64,000 bases of DNA from contig CDPCPM010000050.1 in NCBI GenBank assembly GCA_976551045.1, positions 2,790,001 to 2,854,000 of the forward strand, in the 5' to 3' direction. The notes under the pieces are model-generated. The model ran no database searches, was not told the DNA's origin, and worked only from the letters and a program-made list of their open reading frames with translations. This document shows positions 1 to 10,760 of the stretch, in pieces (within the stretch, counting starts at the first letter, position 1; each line of letters opens with the position of its first letter). The position numbers and the translations under genes were made by a program. The DNA is from Glaucostegus cemiculus. Taxonomy: Eukaryota.

Positions 1-558
1 GAGAGAGAGTCCGGGATAATTTAGAAATCAAGTCAGGTGATGTTGCGGAGATGGAAATCTGCTCGCTATTTTCGGCTCAATCACATCCTCGTCTCTCCTC
101 TGGCGCAGCAAAACTGCTAGCGTCACCTCATCCAATGCTGTAGCTACCTCCAGTCTTGTTGTTTGCTGTCTGATCACGAAGCTTAATACTCCTCATGACA
201 AATCTTAAAAAATGTTTTTGTGGTCAATTCAAGACATTACACTGTCTCTATTATCAGGCACTTTGTGTGCTTGGATATCATTTAAAGCCCCCTGGACGCT
301 AAATTTCAAAGTCTGCGTAAATATATTTGGATGGCAATAATTTTCACTTGAAGTATTTCCCTCCACCAGGAAAAGGGGTGTTTTTTTTTTTAAAAAATTC
401 TTAATATTGTGAAGATCTGGTAAAAACTTCACGATCGATATGGAAACAAAGCGAAAAAAATCTGCGCACTGATACTGTTGTCCCGAAATTAACAACTGAA
501 AGGGTAAACAATCGAAAACTGATGATTGACAAATTCCCACTTTCAATAGTTTACTTAC

Positions 559-900
559 TGTTCAGGTTCAGCTTGGTCCCTTTCCCGAAGATAAATACAT
601 TACCATCCGACACACTACAGTAATAATCGGCGGCGTCCTCCGATTGTATGTTGGTGATGGTTAAATGCATCTGGTTGCTCGACTTATCCACGGAACCGGT
701 AAATCGATCTGGAATTCCCGAAACCCGGTCGGTAAGTTCATCCCACATTGGGCTGGGGACGTTCTCGGCTTTCTGCCAGTACCAGCTTGCTACGTAGTTA
801 TTAGTGATATTTCCTGACATGGTACAAGTGATTTGCACTGTATTTCCCGGTGAACGTGAAATAGACGGGGACTGAGTCAAGATCACCTCCGCGTTTATGG
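559..900 (-). CDS. IGL: Ig light chain (lambda/type II-like) germline-joined VJ exon, cluster 1; intact; its C exon lies left of the window
   Basis: Reads INAEVILTQSPSIS...ITC...SWYWQK...GIPDRFTGS...EDAADYYC-SVSDGNVFI-FGKGTKLNLN with both Cys, the FR2 Trp and FGxG in one exon. Acceptor ttcaccAG at 901-902, donor GTAAGT at 553-558, 342 nt. Confidence 0.96.
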
Positions 901-990
901 CTGGTGAAATAATAAAATCATCTGAGAACCTTTCAATGCATTAGCGCAATGTTAGGAGCAGCAATATTAACTATTTGGGGTTCTACTTAC

Positions 991-1039
991 CGTGTAAAAA
1001 GAACACCATTGTAGCAAGAACCCGAACCCATTCCGCCAT
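991..1039 (-). CDS. IGL: Leader (signal peptide) exon, cluster 1: MAEWVRVLATMVFFLH
   Basis: ATG at 1037-1039, 49-nt phase-1 exon ending at GTAAGT (985-990). The 90-bp intron splices in frame to the VJ exon. Confidence 0.93.
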
Positions 1040-1094
1040 TGCGAAGGCAAGTTTTGCGACGATAGTCCAGTTCTGGTCTCTTTGGGAGACTGGC

Positions 1095-1157
1095 CTTATG
1101 AAGTCTCAAATCTCCGAACGTCACTGCACTGATCATGCAAATTTACGCTCACGTGAC
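1095..1157 (-). promoter_or_regulatory. IgL V promoter, cluster 1: E-box CACGTG (1150-1155), octamer ATTTGCAT (1135-1142), CRE half-site TGACGT (1118-1123), TATA-like CATAAG (~1095-1100)
   Basis: Perfect octamer in light-chain orientation about 100 bp upstream of the ATG. The same module recurs upstream of all five leaders. Confidence 0.85.
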
Positions 1158-1759
1158 CTCGGATAAACGAATCGTGGGTCACGTGTTAACAGGTCCTCCA
1201 CACTCCAGGACTTTCTGGAAAGGAGAGAAAATGTTGAACGGACAGAAGTGTACAGGAAAATATCAGAAAAAAAGAACAGACTAAACCGTGCGGTAAAATC
1301 AAGAGGATCAATGGAGTTACTGTACGCTTGTGATTTACAAATCCGAGTTCCGGTGCAAACAGAAACAGCTGAGAGCGGAATGGACGTCAATTACCCAGAA
1401 TTAGTACTCGATACATGTTCAACACGTTAATTATTGAAAATAAAACGATGCTGATATCTGAAGCTGTTTGAAAGCTATTTTATAATGGATATCAGGGACC
1501 TATTTAGGGTCACAGAGGAAAGTCCAGGATCCGTTTATTTCGACTTGTGATTCACGTTCCAAATTCCTGGCTGCTATTTCATCCGATAACACGGTATAAC
1601 CTTGAAGCCAATTCCCTTATATTTCTGCTTGACTGGGAGATTAGCTTCACAGTGAATACATACGTTAACGGGTTTTACCTGACATCTCACAACACTATCA
1701 GCATCGCTGGTCCAAAGAAATCAGTAACATTTTCAGTGGCTGTCAAAAGAGAACCGTAA

Positions 1760-2420
1760 AGTTGCACAGAAGGGGAGTAAGAAACGTGAGGGAGCAAAAG
1801 TGATCAGGGTTCAGCACTTAAGCGTGGGGGAAGACAGACTTTCCTGTGACTTAGAGAAATGGGGTCCATGTATAAAAAGTATTTAAATCTGAGTCGCAAA
1901 TCTAAACAATGGAAACTACAAAGGTATAAAAAGCAGGTTGGCCAGGAGCAAATGGCGAGCTTCGTCGAAAAGTATGGTTATGCAAATGCAATCGCTAACA
2001 CTTACACTTAAAAACTGTTATGCATTACGTCTTTTCGGTGCAAATGTACTGGGAAAAAAGTGATCCAATCTTGGCTTACAAAACAAGTTGAGGCTGGTAA
2101 CAGGGGCGATAAAAAGTTAGCAGAAACAAAGCAACAAGATTGCAAGAAAGAAGCCTAAAGATTGGAAGCAGTTTAGAATTCAGCAAAAAAAAGCAAAATG
2201 GTCGATTAAGAGAGGAAAAGATGGAGAATGAAACTAAGTTTTCAATAATGTAACAACATTATAAACGTTTAAAAGACAATTGGACATGTACATGGATAGG
2301 AAAGATTTAGAAGGATGTGAACCAAACGCGGGCAAATGGGACTAGCTCAGATGACAATCTTAGTCAGCATAGATCGTTAGGCCGAAGGGCCTGCTGCTGT
2401 GCGATATGACTTTATGGCTC
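1760..2420 (+). mobile_element. Degenerate CR1-type LINE fragments, including a CR1 3' end at ~2260-2420
   Basis: CR1-like 3' end (ttggacatgtacatggataggaaag...ggccgaagggcctg...ctgtg). The 5' portion is homologous to relics at 21.6, 47.1 and 60.4 kb. Boundaries approximate. Confidence 0.6.
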
Positions 2421-2805
2421 TGAATAAACTCTGCATTAGCCAAGACTTTAATACCACTAAACAACAGACAGAGCCTAGACGATCAATAAAGATCAGAGGC
2501 TAATCGAGTAACATCTGCATCCAGCCAGTATCACAGAAATAGCAAACTTGGCAGTTTCATCTTTCAGCATCCATCTGCAGGTCAGGTCGAAACAGTAGGA
2601 CAGACGCATCAAAGATTATGACAGTAAAGGTGTGTACATTAGGGAGGAAATGTGCACAGGTGTGATCAGCGTTAATTTCAGACCCAATGAAGTTTTAGAT
2701 TATGGGTAATAGCCAGACTAGAAAATTACTTATTGTTTATCAGCTACTGCTTTCTACCACCAGGAGAATCAGAATTGCGCCACATAGAACATTACGAGGA
2801 AGAAA

Positions 2806-4123
2806 GAATCAGAATCAGTTTTATTGTCACAACCATATACATACATTGTATGCATAGGAGCGAGATACCGTCCTCCTCAGGTGCTCGTCCCATAAAAATA
2901 AGATAACAACCAACAGAGACACACATACACACTTGGCAGAATACACAGTACAAAACATTACACATTAGAAGCTATGGAGGTTAAAATTAAATTATTACAC
3001 AGATTAAATTAAAAATGGCCAGTAAATAAATAAATAGTTATTAAAGTGAACGGGCTGGAGTCGGGCATTTAAAGTGCTGGTGCATTTCTGTGCACCTAGC
3101 ATCTCTTAGTGTTAACAAAGGAAGATGGAGGGATGAGCGAGTTTGCAGTTCTGATGGCTTGTGGAAAGAAGCTATTGTTCAGCCTGGTCGTTCTTGCCCT
3201 GATACATTTAAGCCTCCTCCCTGATGGCAAAATTGTGAAGAAGTGGTGGGAGGGGTGAGAAGGGCCGGCCATTATGCTTTTGGTCTTCCTCACACAACGG
3301 TCTTTGTATATGTCTGCGAGGGATGGAAGCGAGACACCTATGATCCACTCCGCAGCCCTAACTATCTTCTGGAGGGACTTCCACCCAGCAGCTGAGCAGC
3401 TCCCAAACCAAACAGTGATACATTGAGTCAGGATGCTCTCAATGGTCCCTCTGTAGAAGAATTTCATGACGGAGGGAGGGGGGTACGCTTTCCTCAGTCT
3501 CCGCAGGAAGTAGAGGCGTTTCTGAGCATTCTTCGTGAGGGCCGTAATGTTAGTGGACCAGGTCAGGTCGTCGGTGATGTGCACCCCCAGGAACTTGGTG
3601 CTGCGTACTTGTTCCACAGCAGACCCATTGATGGTCAGCGGGGCGTGCACACGGTGACCCCTCCTAAAATCCACTATCATCTCCTTTGTTTGTCCACATT
3701 CAAGGAGAGGTTGTTGTCATGGCACCACACAGCTAGTTGTTTCACCTCCTCTCTGTAGTCCGACTCATCGTCATTCGTGACAAGACCCACCACTGTCGTG
3801 TCATCGGCAAATTTAACAATGCGGTTGGAGCTGAATCTGGCCTCACAGTCGTGGGTCAACAAGGTGAACAGGAGCAGACTGAGCACACAACCCTGTGGGG
3901 AGCCAGTGCTCAGTGTGATGGTGCTTGAGGTGTTTTCACCAATTTTGACTGACTGCGGCCTGCAAGTTAGAAAATCCAGTATCCAGTTGCAGAGAGGAGA
4001 GTTAATGCCCAGAGCGCTCAACTTCCTGATAAGCTGTTGCGGGATGATGGTATTGAAAGCGGAGTTGAAGTCGATGAATAGCAGTCGGCAGTATGAGTCC
4101 TTCTTCTCTAAGTGATATAGTGC
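2806..4123 (-). mobile_element. 5'-truncated Rex1/Babar-type non-LTR retrotransposon (RT + C-terminal region) with one frameshift
   Basis: ORFs 3677-4189 ([26 protein letters not shown]) and 3096-3680 (MIVDFRR...KFLGVHI...RLYFLRRL) are joined by a 1-bp deletion near 3688. 3' AATAAA plus (GATTCT)n tail at ~2806-2826. Flanks rejoin to match the empty site at ~23030-23050. Confidence 0.88.
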
Positions 4124-4649
4124 AGACTGGATAACACGCGATGTGTGAATTCGCCTGGAGAACCACAACAATGCCGAGAGCTGCCTCATAATAACATCCC
4201 AGACTGATCACAGAGAAAGGCGAGGGGGGGGGGGGTGGGGGGGGGGTAGAGAAGCATGCAGTGGAGTTAAAAGCAGAACATTCACTGTCACCGGTGCATT
4301 TATTCAATGTGTCGTTCATAAGACTGACGAACACACAATCCTTGTATTCGCTGGGATTATTTTTGTGATAAATAGCTTGATGCAGAACGGAATTACTGCT
4401 TTAAAATAAGGCATCCATGTGTCCCTTTGTGGCTTCAGCAGTTGAGAAATGTCATTCCAGTAAGATCTTATAGCTTGTTACATCCCTTATTTTTATATTA
4501 AAATTAGTCCAACTATTTGGTATAGAACAAACTTTCAAGAGCATCGCTATATGTACCTGGATATGAAATGCCAAGCGGTCGCCGAGTTAGAAAATATGCA
4601 CTCCTGCCACATGCTGTCATAAAATGTGGTGAGAAATTTAACAAAACAG

Positions 4650-4900
4650 TTGAAGGAGTGACTCCATGAATTCAATGCCATAATACAAAATGTTAACGCA
4701 AGAATGAAAATTGAAACATTCTCAGTTTTCTCCACCATGAAATACCAACAACATTGGTCGTCTCAGCCTCGTCCTGAGATCCTCACTGTCACAGCACACA
4801 GTCTTCAGCCAACAAAATGCACTCCACACAATATCAAGAAATGGCTGGGCACACAAGATGTAGTAAAAACCCGAACCTCGACAATATACGGACAGTGGTA
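4650..4900 (+). mobile_element. Old LINE fragment; paralogous copies at ~23600-23860 and ~49080-49330
   Basis: gtcttcagccaacaaaatgcactccacacaatatcaagaaatggctg resembles an elasmobranch LINE ORF2 segment, by recall only. Heavily decayed. Confidence 0.35.
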
Positions 4901-5270
4901 ATGAAGATCTTAACAACTCCGATATAACTTGGCATTCTTTCTTATCTTCAGCATTTATTTCCTCCAGAAAGTAATCTCAAAATGTTTTTTTACACTCTTA
5001 ATGTTTTTGAAAAGTGTGACTCCACCACTGGCTGCCTTTATGATTTAGTAAATAGTTCAACAGAACAAAGAAGAGATACCGAGTTATTGGTTGGGATGAA
5101 AACATTTTACAAACACATTATGTTAGGGCTAATTGAATCACATAATTCAGTATATACATTTTTGTCAAGTAAGTTTTTGCCAATTGTGTACGTTGGGTAC
5201 CGACATTGGGTCGGTAGCAGGCACAGAACCGAACCCCTACACTCACTGAAAGATAGACCTCAATGTGGTC

Positions 5271-5373
5271 CAGTCCCGATGAAGGGTCTCGACCTGAAAC
5301 GTCGGCTGTCCATTTCCCTCCATAGATGCTGCCTTACCCGCTGAGTTCCTCCAGCATTGTACATGTTGATCTA
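5271..5373 (+). mobile_element. Short Penelope-like repeat carrying a minimal type I hammerhead ribozyme motif (5271-5308, core mutated)
   Basis: CAGTC-CCGATGA-AGGGTCTCGACCT-GAAAC-GTC-GGCTG followed by gatgctgccttacccgctgagttcctccagca. Flanked by direct repeat AATGTGGTC (5262-5270, 5374-5382). Absent at the paralogous sites ~24216 and ~49698. Confidence 0.72.
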
Positions 5374-5595
5374 AATGTGGTCATTCATGTGCGGATATGC
5401 TTCGTCATATAGCGTACATCCCCAAAAGCTGCTAAATCTAGATTTCTCCTTATTGTTACTAAAGTACCATAAACGGATATTAAATGGCTTTGTTCAACTT
5501 GCTAACGAAAGTGAAATTTTGTCAATGCAAATTGCAAACCGATAAAATAAATAATTATTTCAGGTGACAGTGAGTGTGAAATATGTGATACGTTT

Positions 5596-5609
5596 CTGCC
5601 ATCTGCTGT
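5596..5609 (-). promoter_or_regulatory. Candidate CTCF site (ACAGCAGATGGCAG)
   Basis: Near match to the CTCF core. Homologous to the sites at 11680, 24451, 35992 and 49960. Confidence 0.45.
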
Positions 5610-7170
5610 TCAAGTCGCACATGACATAAAGTTCATGACACCAAGAAATACTGACAGTTCCATGACACTCTGTATCACGCCACACGTGACCGGAATTTTG
5701 GGAATCCACCTGAACGTGAATGACGAGATCCTACTGGGGATTCCAGACAGTTTTCAGACATGGAATTCTACGTAGAGTTGGGGTGAAGTCCATAAGTGAA
5801 GAAGAAAATCATTAAAATCACACGGTTAAGCTGGCAAACAAAACGACAGGGATCAGCCCATTATTTTGAATCAAGATGAAAGGCTGCGCAGGACAATGAT
5901 TAGTCTGAGGTAATCAAAATGTTTTGGGTTAACTAACCTTGTTTTACAGTTTTTTAGATGTTAAGCTAACTTGGCTAATATTTATATTTTTCAGTTTTAA
6001 TCACTTCAATTTTTATTCCATTGTTCATCGGCTCACAATAGATTTCGAGCCTTTCTACATTTCAGGAACATTCAGCAGCGTCTAACGTCCGCGAGGCTTT
6101 CACAGCCGACAAAACTTCAAAGCTATTTTCAGTCTTGCATTTCAGACTGAAGAACATCAGCGTTCACAGGACATCGCGGAATCCTCAGAAATTAAGTCCA
6201 CGCTTCCCTGTACGTCATTGAACAGCACTGCTGGCTTGGTAACATATTCTGGCGTGGTTCTCGGTAGAGTAACAAAACGACTTGTTTTGAAGAGGGTGTG
6301 GAATTATAAATTAATATACAGATACATTGATACATAAATATCAGAGGCTTGGGAATGACCCAGGTTCATACACGTCAATTTTCTGACGAAGCGCAATTCA
6401 TGAAAATGCATAAACGTGTTATTTGTAAATTATTTCAGAGCAACGTTCATTGATAATCGGCTGTCACAGAAACACGATCTCTTTGACTGGCCAGTGTAAT
6501 GATCAGGTAAAGAGAAGTACGCAGAGTTGCGAGTCAATTGGTCTATTTTACACCCACAAGGGAAGTGCATTGGGAATGTTTTCCGCAGAAAATTCTGTGG
6601 AAGATACCTGCATCAAATGAAAGGAGCAGGAAAGAATGCCACAAGCGGATCATGTGACAAGTTATTACGCACTCATTGGATTAAATTCACCGTAATATGG
6701 GCGTGCAGAGATGTATGTTATACTATAATATTTCAAAAAAGAGATTTCAAAGTGTAGACAAACTTCAGACAAATATGTTCCTGTCATTTGATTCCTACCT
6801 AACTTCAGTGCAAATCTTTAGAGTCCTTTTCCGGTGTATCCAAAGAATATTTAATATAATATTTATGACTACTTGCCACAAGCAGCCAGACATGTCAGAA
6901 TAGTTCGGCATCCTGGACGAGCAGAGAGACACTAATCATTCGACCGAACTTCACAAGTGCTCACAGAATCTAAATTAGACACCCGCAGACCAACGATATC
7001 TATACAGAGAAGAATGAATGGGAAAGAGAACTCCAGAGACATGGAAGAAAATTCTTCAGTTTGTTAACACATCTTCAATGTGTGCTAGGCGCTCTTTGAT
7101 GCAGTTTAAGGTGGTTCGTAGGAATCATATGCCCAAGGACAAGTTAGTCCGTTTTTATCATCATATAAAT

Positions 7171-9019
7171 AGAACAATAGAACAATACAGCACAGAACAC
7201 GCCCTTCGGCCCATCAAGCTGTGCCATCCTACAAACATCTCCCAAACTAACTCTTTCCACCCTCATATCCTACTATTCCACATTCTTCCATGTGCTTATC
7301 TAACAATCTCTTAAACCTGTCCAACGTATCTGCCTCCACTGCCACCCCAGGCAGTGCATTCCATGCACCAACCACTCTCTGGGTGAAAAACTTCCCTCTG
7401 ACATCTCCCCTATACTTTCCACCTATTATCTTAAAGGCATGCCCTCTCGTCTTGAGCATCTGCGCTCTGGGAAAGAGGCGCTGACTATTAACTCTATCTA
7501 TTCCTCTCAATATCTTAAACACCTCTATCAAGTCCCCTCTCATCCTCCTCCTCTCTAATGAGTAGAGCCCTAGCACCTTAAGCCTCTCTTTATATTCCAT
7601 ACCCTCCAATCCAGGCATCATCCTGGTAAAATGCCTCTGTACCCTCTCCAACGCCTCCACATCCTTCCTATAATGCGGCGACCAAAACTGAACACAATAT
7701 TCCAAGTGCGGCCTAACTAGAGTTTTGTAAAGCAGCATCATCACCTCTCTGCTCTTGAACTCAATCCCTTTATTTATAAAAGCCAACATCCCATAAGCCT
7801 TCTTAACAGCCCTATCCACCTGCGAGGCAACTTTGAGTGAACTGTGGATATGAACCCCCAGATCCCTCTGCTCCTCTACACTGCCAAGAACCTTACCATT
7901 TACCTTATACTCTGTCCTGGAGTTTGTCCTCCCAAAGTGCACCACCTCACACTTCTCCGGATTAAACTCCATCTGCCGCCTGTCAGCCCATTTCTGCATC
8001 CTATCAATATCCCCCTGTAAGCTCCTACAGTCCTCCACACTATCTACCACACCACCGATCTTGGTGTCATCTGCAAACTTACCAACCCATCCCTCCACTC
8101 CTTCATCCAAATCATCTATGAATATAACAAAGAGTAGAGGCCCCAGAACTGATCCCTGCGGGACTCCACTAGTCACAGCCCTCCAATCCGAGGGCACTCC
8201 CTCCACCATAACCCTCTGCCTTCTACAGGAAAGCCAATTTCTTATCCACACAGCCAACCTCCCCTGGATACCTCGACCTCTGACCTTCTGAAGAAGCCTG
8301 CCATGAGGAACCTTATCGAACGCCTTACTAAAATCCATATACACTACATCCACCGCCCTGCCTTCATCAAGCTTCCTCGTCACCTCCTCAAAGAACTCTA
8401 TCAGGCTCGTGAGGCAAGATCTTCCCTTCACAAAGCCATGCTGACTGTCCCTAATCAGTCCATGACTCTCCAAGTGCTCATAGATCCTGTCCCTCAAAAT
8501 CCTTTCCAACAGCTTACCTACCACAGACGTGAGGCTCACCGGTCTGTAATTTCCCAGACTATCTCTACTGCCCTTCTTAAACAAGGGAACAACATCCGCT
8601 ACTCGCCAATCCTCCGGCACCATCCCCGTGGACAACGAGGACTCAAAGATCCTCACCAGCGGATCAACAATCTCCTCCCTCGCCTCCCGAAGCAGCCTGG
8701 GGAATATTCCATCGGGCCCCGGAGACTTATCAGTCTTGATACTACTTAACAATTTCATCACCTCCTCCCTCTCTATAGCTACATACTCAAGAATATTACC
8801 CTTGTCAGCACTCACTGTCACATCATCAAGGCCCCTCTCCTTGGTGAATACAGAGGAGAAGTATTCATTAAGTACCTCCCCTACCTCTGCCGCCTCCAGG
8901 CACATCCTCCCACCTTTGTCCTTAATAGGCCCCACCTTTACCCTAGTCATCCTTCTGCCCTTCACATAAGAGAAAAAAGCCTTGGGATTTTCCTTAACCC
9001 TACGAGCCAACATCTTGTC
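7171..9019 (-). mobile_element. Young 5'-truncated CR1 LINE with an uninterrupted ORF2 3' half (RT domain)
   Basis: ORF reads KSPGPDG...NYRPVSLTS...QHGFVKGRSC...YMDFSKAFDKV...GVPQGSVLGP...KFADD...RPHLEYCVQFWSP with no stop. 3' (ATTGTTCT)n tail at 7171-7186. Possible AAAT TSD. Confidence 0.95.
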
Positions 9020-9319
9020 AAATACTATATGTGACAGATGTAATTGGAAGGTGGCTTCCCTGACACATATGTTTTGGTCTTGTCCTCTTTTGGAAAAATA
9101 TTGGAAAGACATTTTTACCATCTGTACTGAATATTGATTTACAACCTCATCCTATCACTGCAATTTTTGGGTTACCGATGATGGCATCTCGCCATTTATC
9201 TGCCTCTGCTCGTCGTATGATCGACTTTGTCACATTAATGGCCAAACGATCTATTTTGTTCAAAAGGAAAGATCCAATACGTCACACCACGTTTCAGTGT
9301 TTTTCTCAAACTATAGCAT

Positions 9320-9548
9320 TGTAGCGACTCACGATATGGGGAAACGCCGTCGGCCGTCGCGGGGAACCGCGCGAGTTCCCGCGATAGCGCCGGAAGGTGG
9401 GACTTCCGGCTGGAGTATGACGTCACTTCCGCCAGTCTGTTTTTCGTAGCTCGGGATATGCGTGGCTTTTGGTGAGTTATTAAAAACGTGCTCGATCGAG
9501 TCTCCATGTCCTCAGGTTGTTTTAAGTCGCACCCTGCTGGCTGCTACA
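9320..9548 (+). mobile_element. 229-bp solo LTR (TGTAGC...GCTACA) with 4-bp TSD GCAT
   Basis: TG...CA ends with 6-bp inverted termini. GCAT at 9316-9319 and 9549-9552. ATTAAA at 9479-9484. Removing it restores the L1 frame (QTIA-WLNLEKI). Confidence 0.85.
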
Positions 9549-10589
9549 GCATGGTTAAACTTAGAAAAAATAGGAGTGGTATTGTTGATCCTTCGCTTAC
9601 ATTTGAGGAAGTTTGGAGTCCATTTATTTAATATTTCCATATGATACAAGCTGAAAATTTTCAGATCCCTTTCAATAAACTTTGAATACAGAGGCGCGGA
9701 GTTGACGATATAATAATGTTTTTGTTAATTGAAGAAATATCAGTCCATTTTTGAAGTTTTTGGGTTTCTCTTGTTTTATTATTATTATTATTGTTATTTT
9801 GATTTGAGGATATCTATACAAAGGCATCTCCATATCAGTCCCTATAAAAATTCAAAGTTTCCACAGGTAAGATTGGAAATAAGGGTAAAAGATGCATGGG
9901 AAGTGAGATTAAGAATGTGGTTTAAACTTGAAAAGCAAAGATGTCAGATTTTGTATTCTGACGTATCCGTGAAGTAGTGACAGATGCTGAAGTACCAAAC
10001 GGCATTTTGATGTGGGTGCAGCCAGATAGGATAATAAGTGGCCATGTCAAATGAGCACTGTAAACATTGAACTCTGTGACGTGCTGATTTCCGGGAGCAG
10101 AGGGAATGATATTGGTGCAATGGCATGAACCTCTTCAGTTGCACGGGTTATGAAGGTGAAGACAGGTATATGACTGGGCAGCGTAGGCGCCATGAGCAGT
10201 CATGGTGAAAATAGGGACAGCAGTCAGAAATCTGGGAATGCCACTCAAAGCAGTTCCAAATGCGGTTATTTTGTATTCAGTTCAAATCATTTCATTGACA
10301 TTTCGGTGTTGCAACTAAGAGATCACAGGGTGTAATTTCACAGTAATCCAGTGTTATCCTTAATTTCCTGGCCAACGAACATCTTCATAAATGAATAAGT
10401 GGGTCATTGTCACACTGCTGTTTAATGGGACATTTCACAGTTGTATCTCCATTCGAATCAGCGAGGCAACGCCGGTTCTCAGAGCAATCCCATCTGTCCC
10501 GTGGTCATACTATTTAATTGGAATATATACTTTCACCAAAATCCAGTATATAATTTGTATTAGCCAATCAAGCAAAAAAACTGCATTTC

Positions 10590-10760
10590 TTTGGAGATCC
10601 CGTGGAAACCGGTGCCCACGGCTTCCGGGGGTTAGGGGAGAGGACGGGGCAACTCAGTCAGTCACAGGGAGGAAGTGTACATTCCATTCGGGCAGAACCA
10701 AGATAGGAACTGGGTGTCTGAGGCTGTGAGAGAGCGTCACCATCCGCGGCGTCGCCCTAG
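10590..10760 (-). mobile_element. Old V-SINE relic; paralogous relics at ~13630-13795, ~38140-38300 and ~51990-52140
   Basis: Decayed ggaaaccgg...cccacg...cacagggagga...tgaggctgtgag pattern resembling the young V-SINEs at 34.8 and 36.2 kb. Confidence 0.55.

Larger units (their letters stand above)
7010..9808 (+). mobile_element. 5'-truncated L1/Tx1-type LINE 3' fragment (ORF2 C-terminus with CCHC zinc knuckle), split into 7010-7170, 9020-9319 and 9549-9808 by two younger insertions
   Basis: Pieces read WKKILQFVNTSSMCARRSLMQFKVVRRNHMPKDKLVRFYHHIN / TICDRCNWKVASLTHMFWSCPLLEKYWKDIF / ...FSQTIA / WLNLEKI. TSD GATATCTATACA at 6995-7006 and 9809-9820. Empty paralogous sites at ~25845 and ~51245. 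Confidence 0.85.

Noticed and set aside
4224-4247. Poly-G tract, potential G-quadruplex or switch-like sequence (also ~47097, ~54379)
   Set aside because: Isolated homopolymers not conserved among paralogues, with no repeated switch-type motif.
7247-9121. 624-aa ORF as a host gene
   Set aside because: It is a truncated CR1 ORF2. The first ~35 residues are antisense read-through of the flanking L1.
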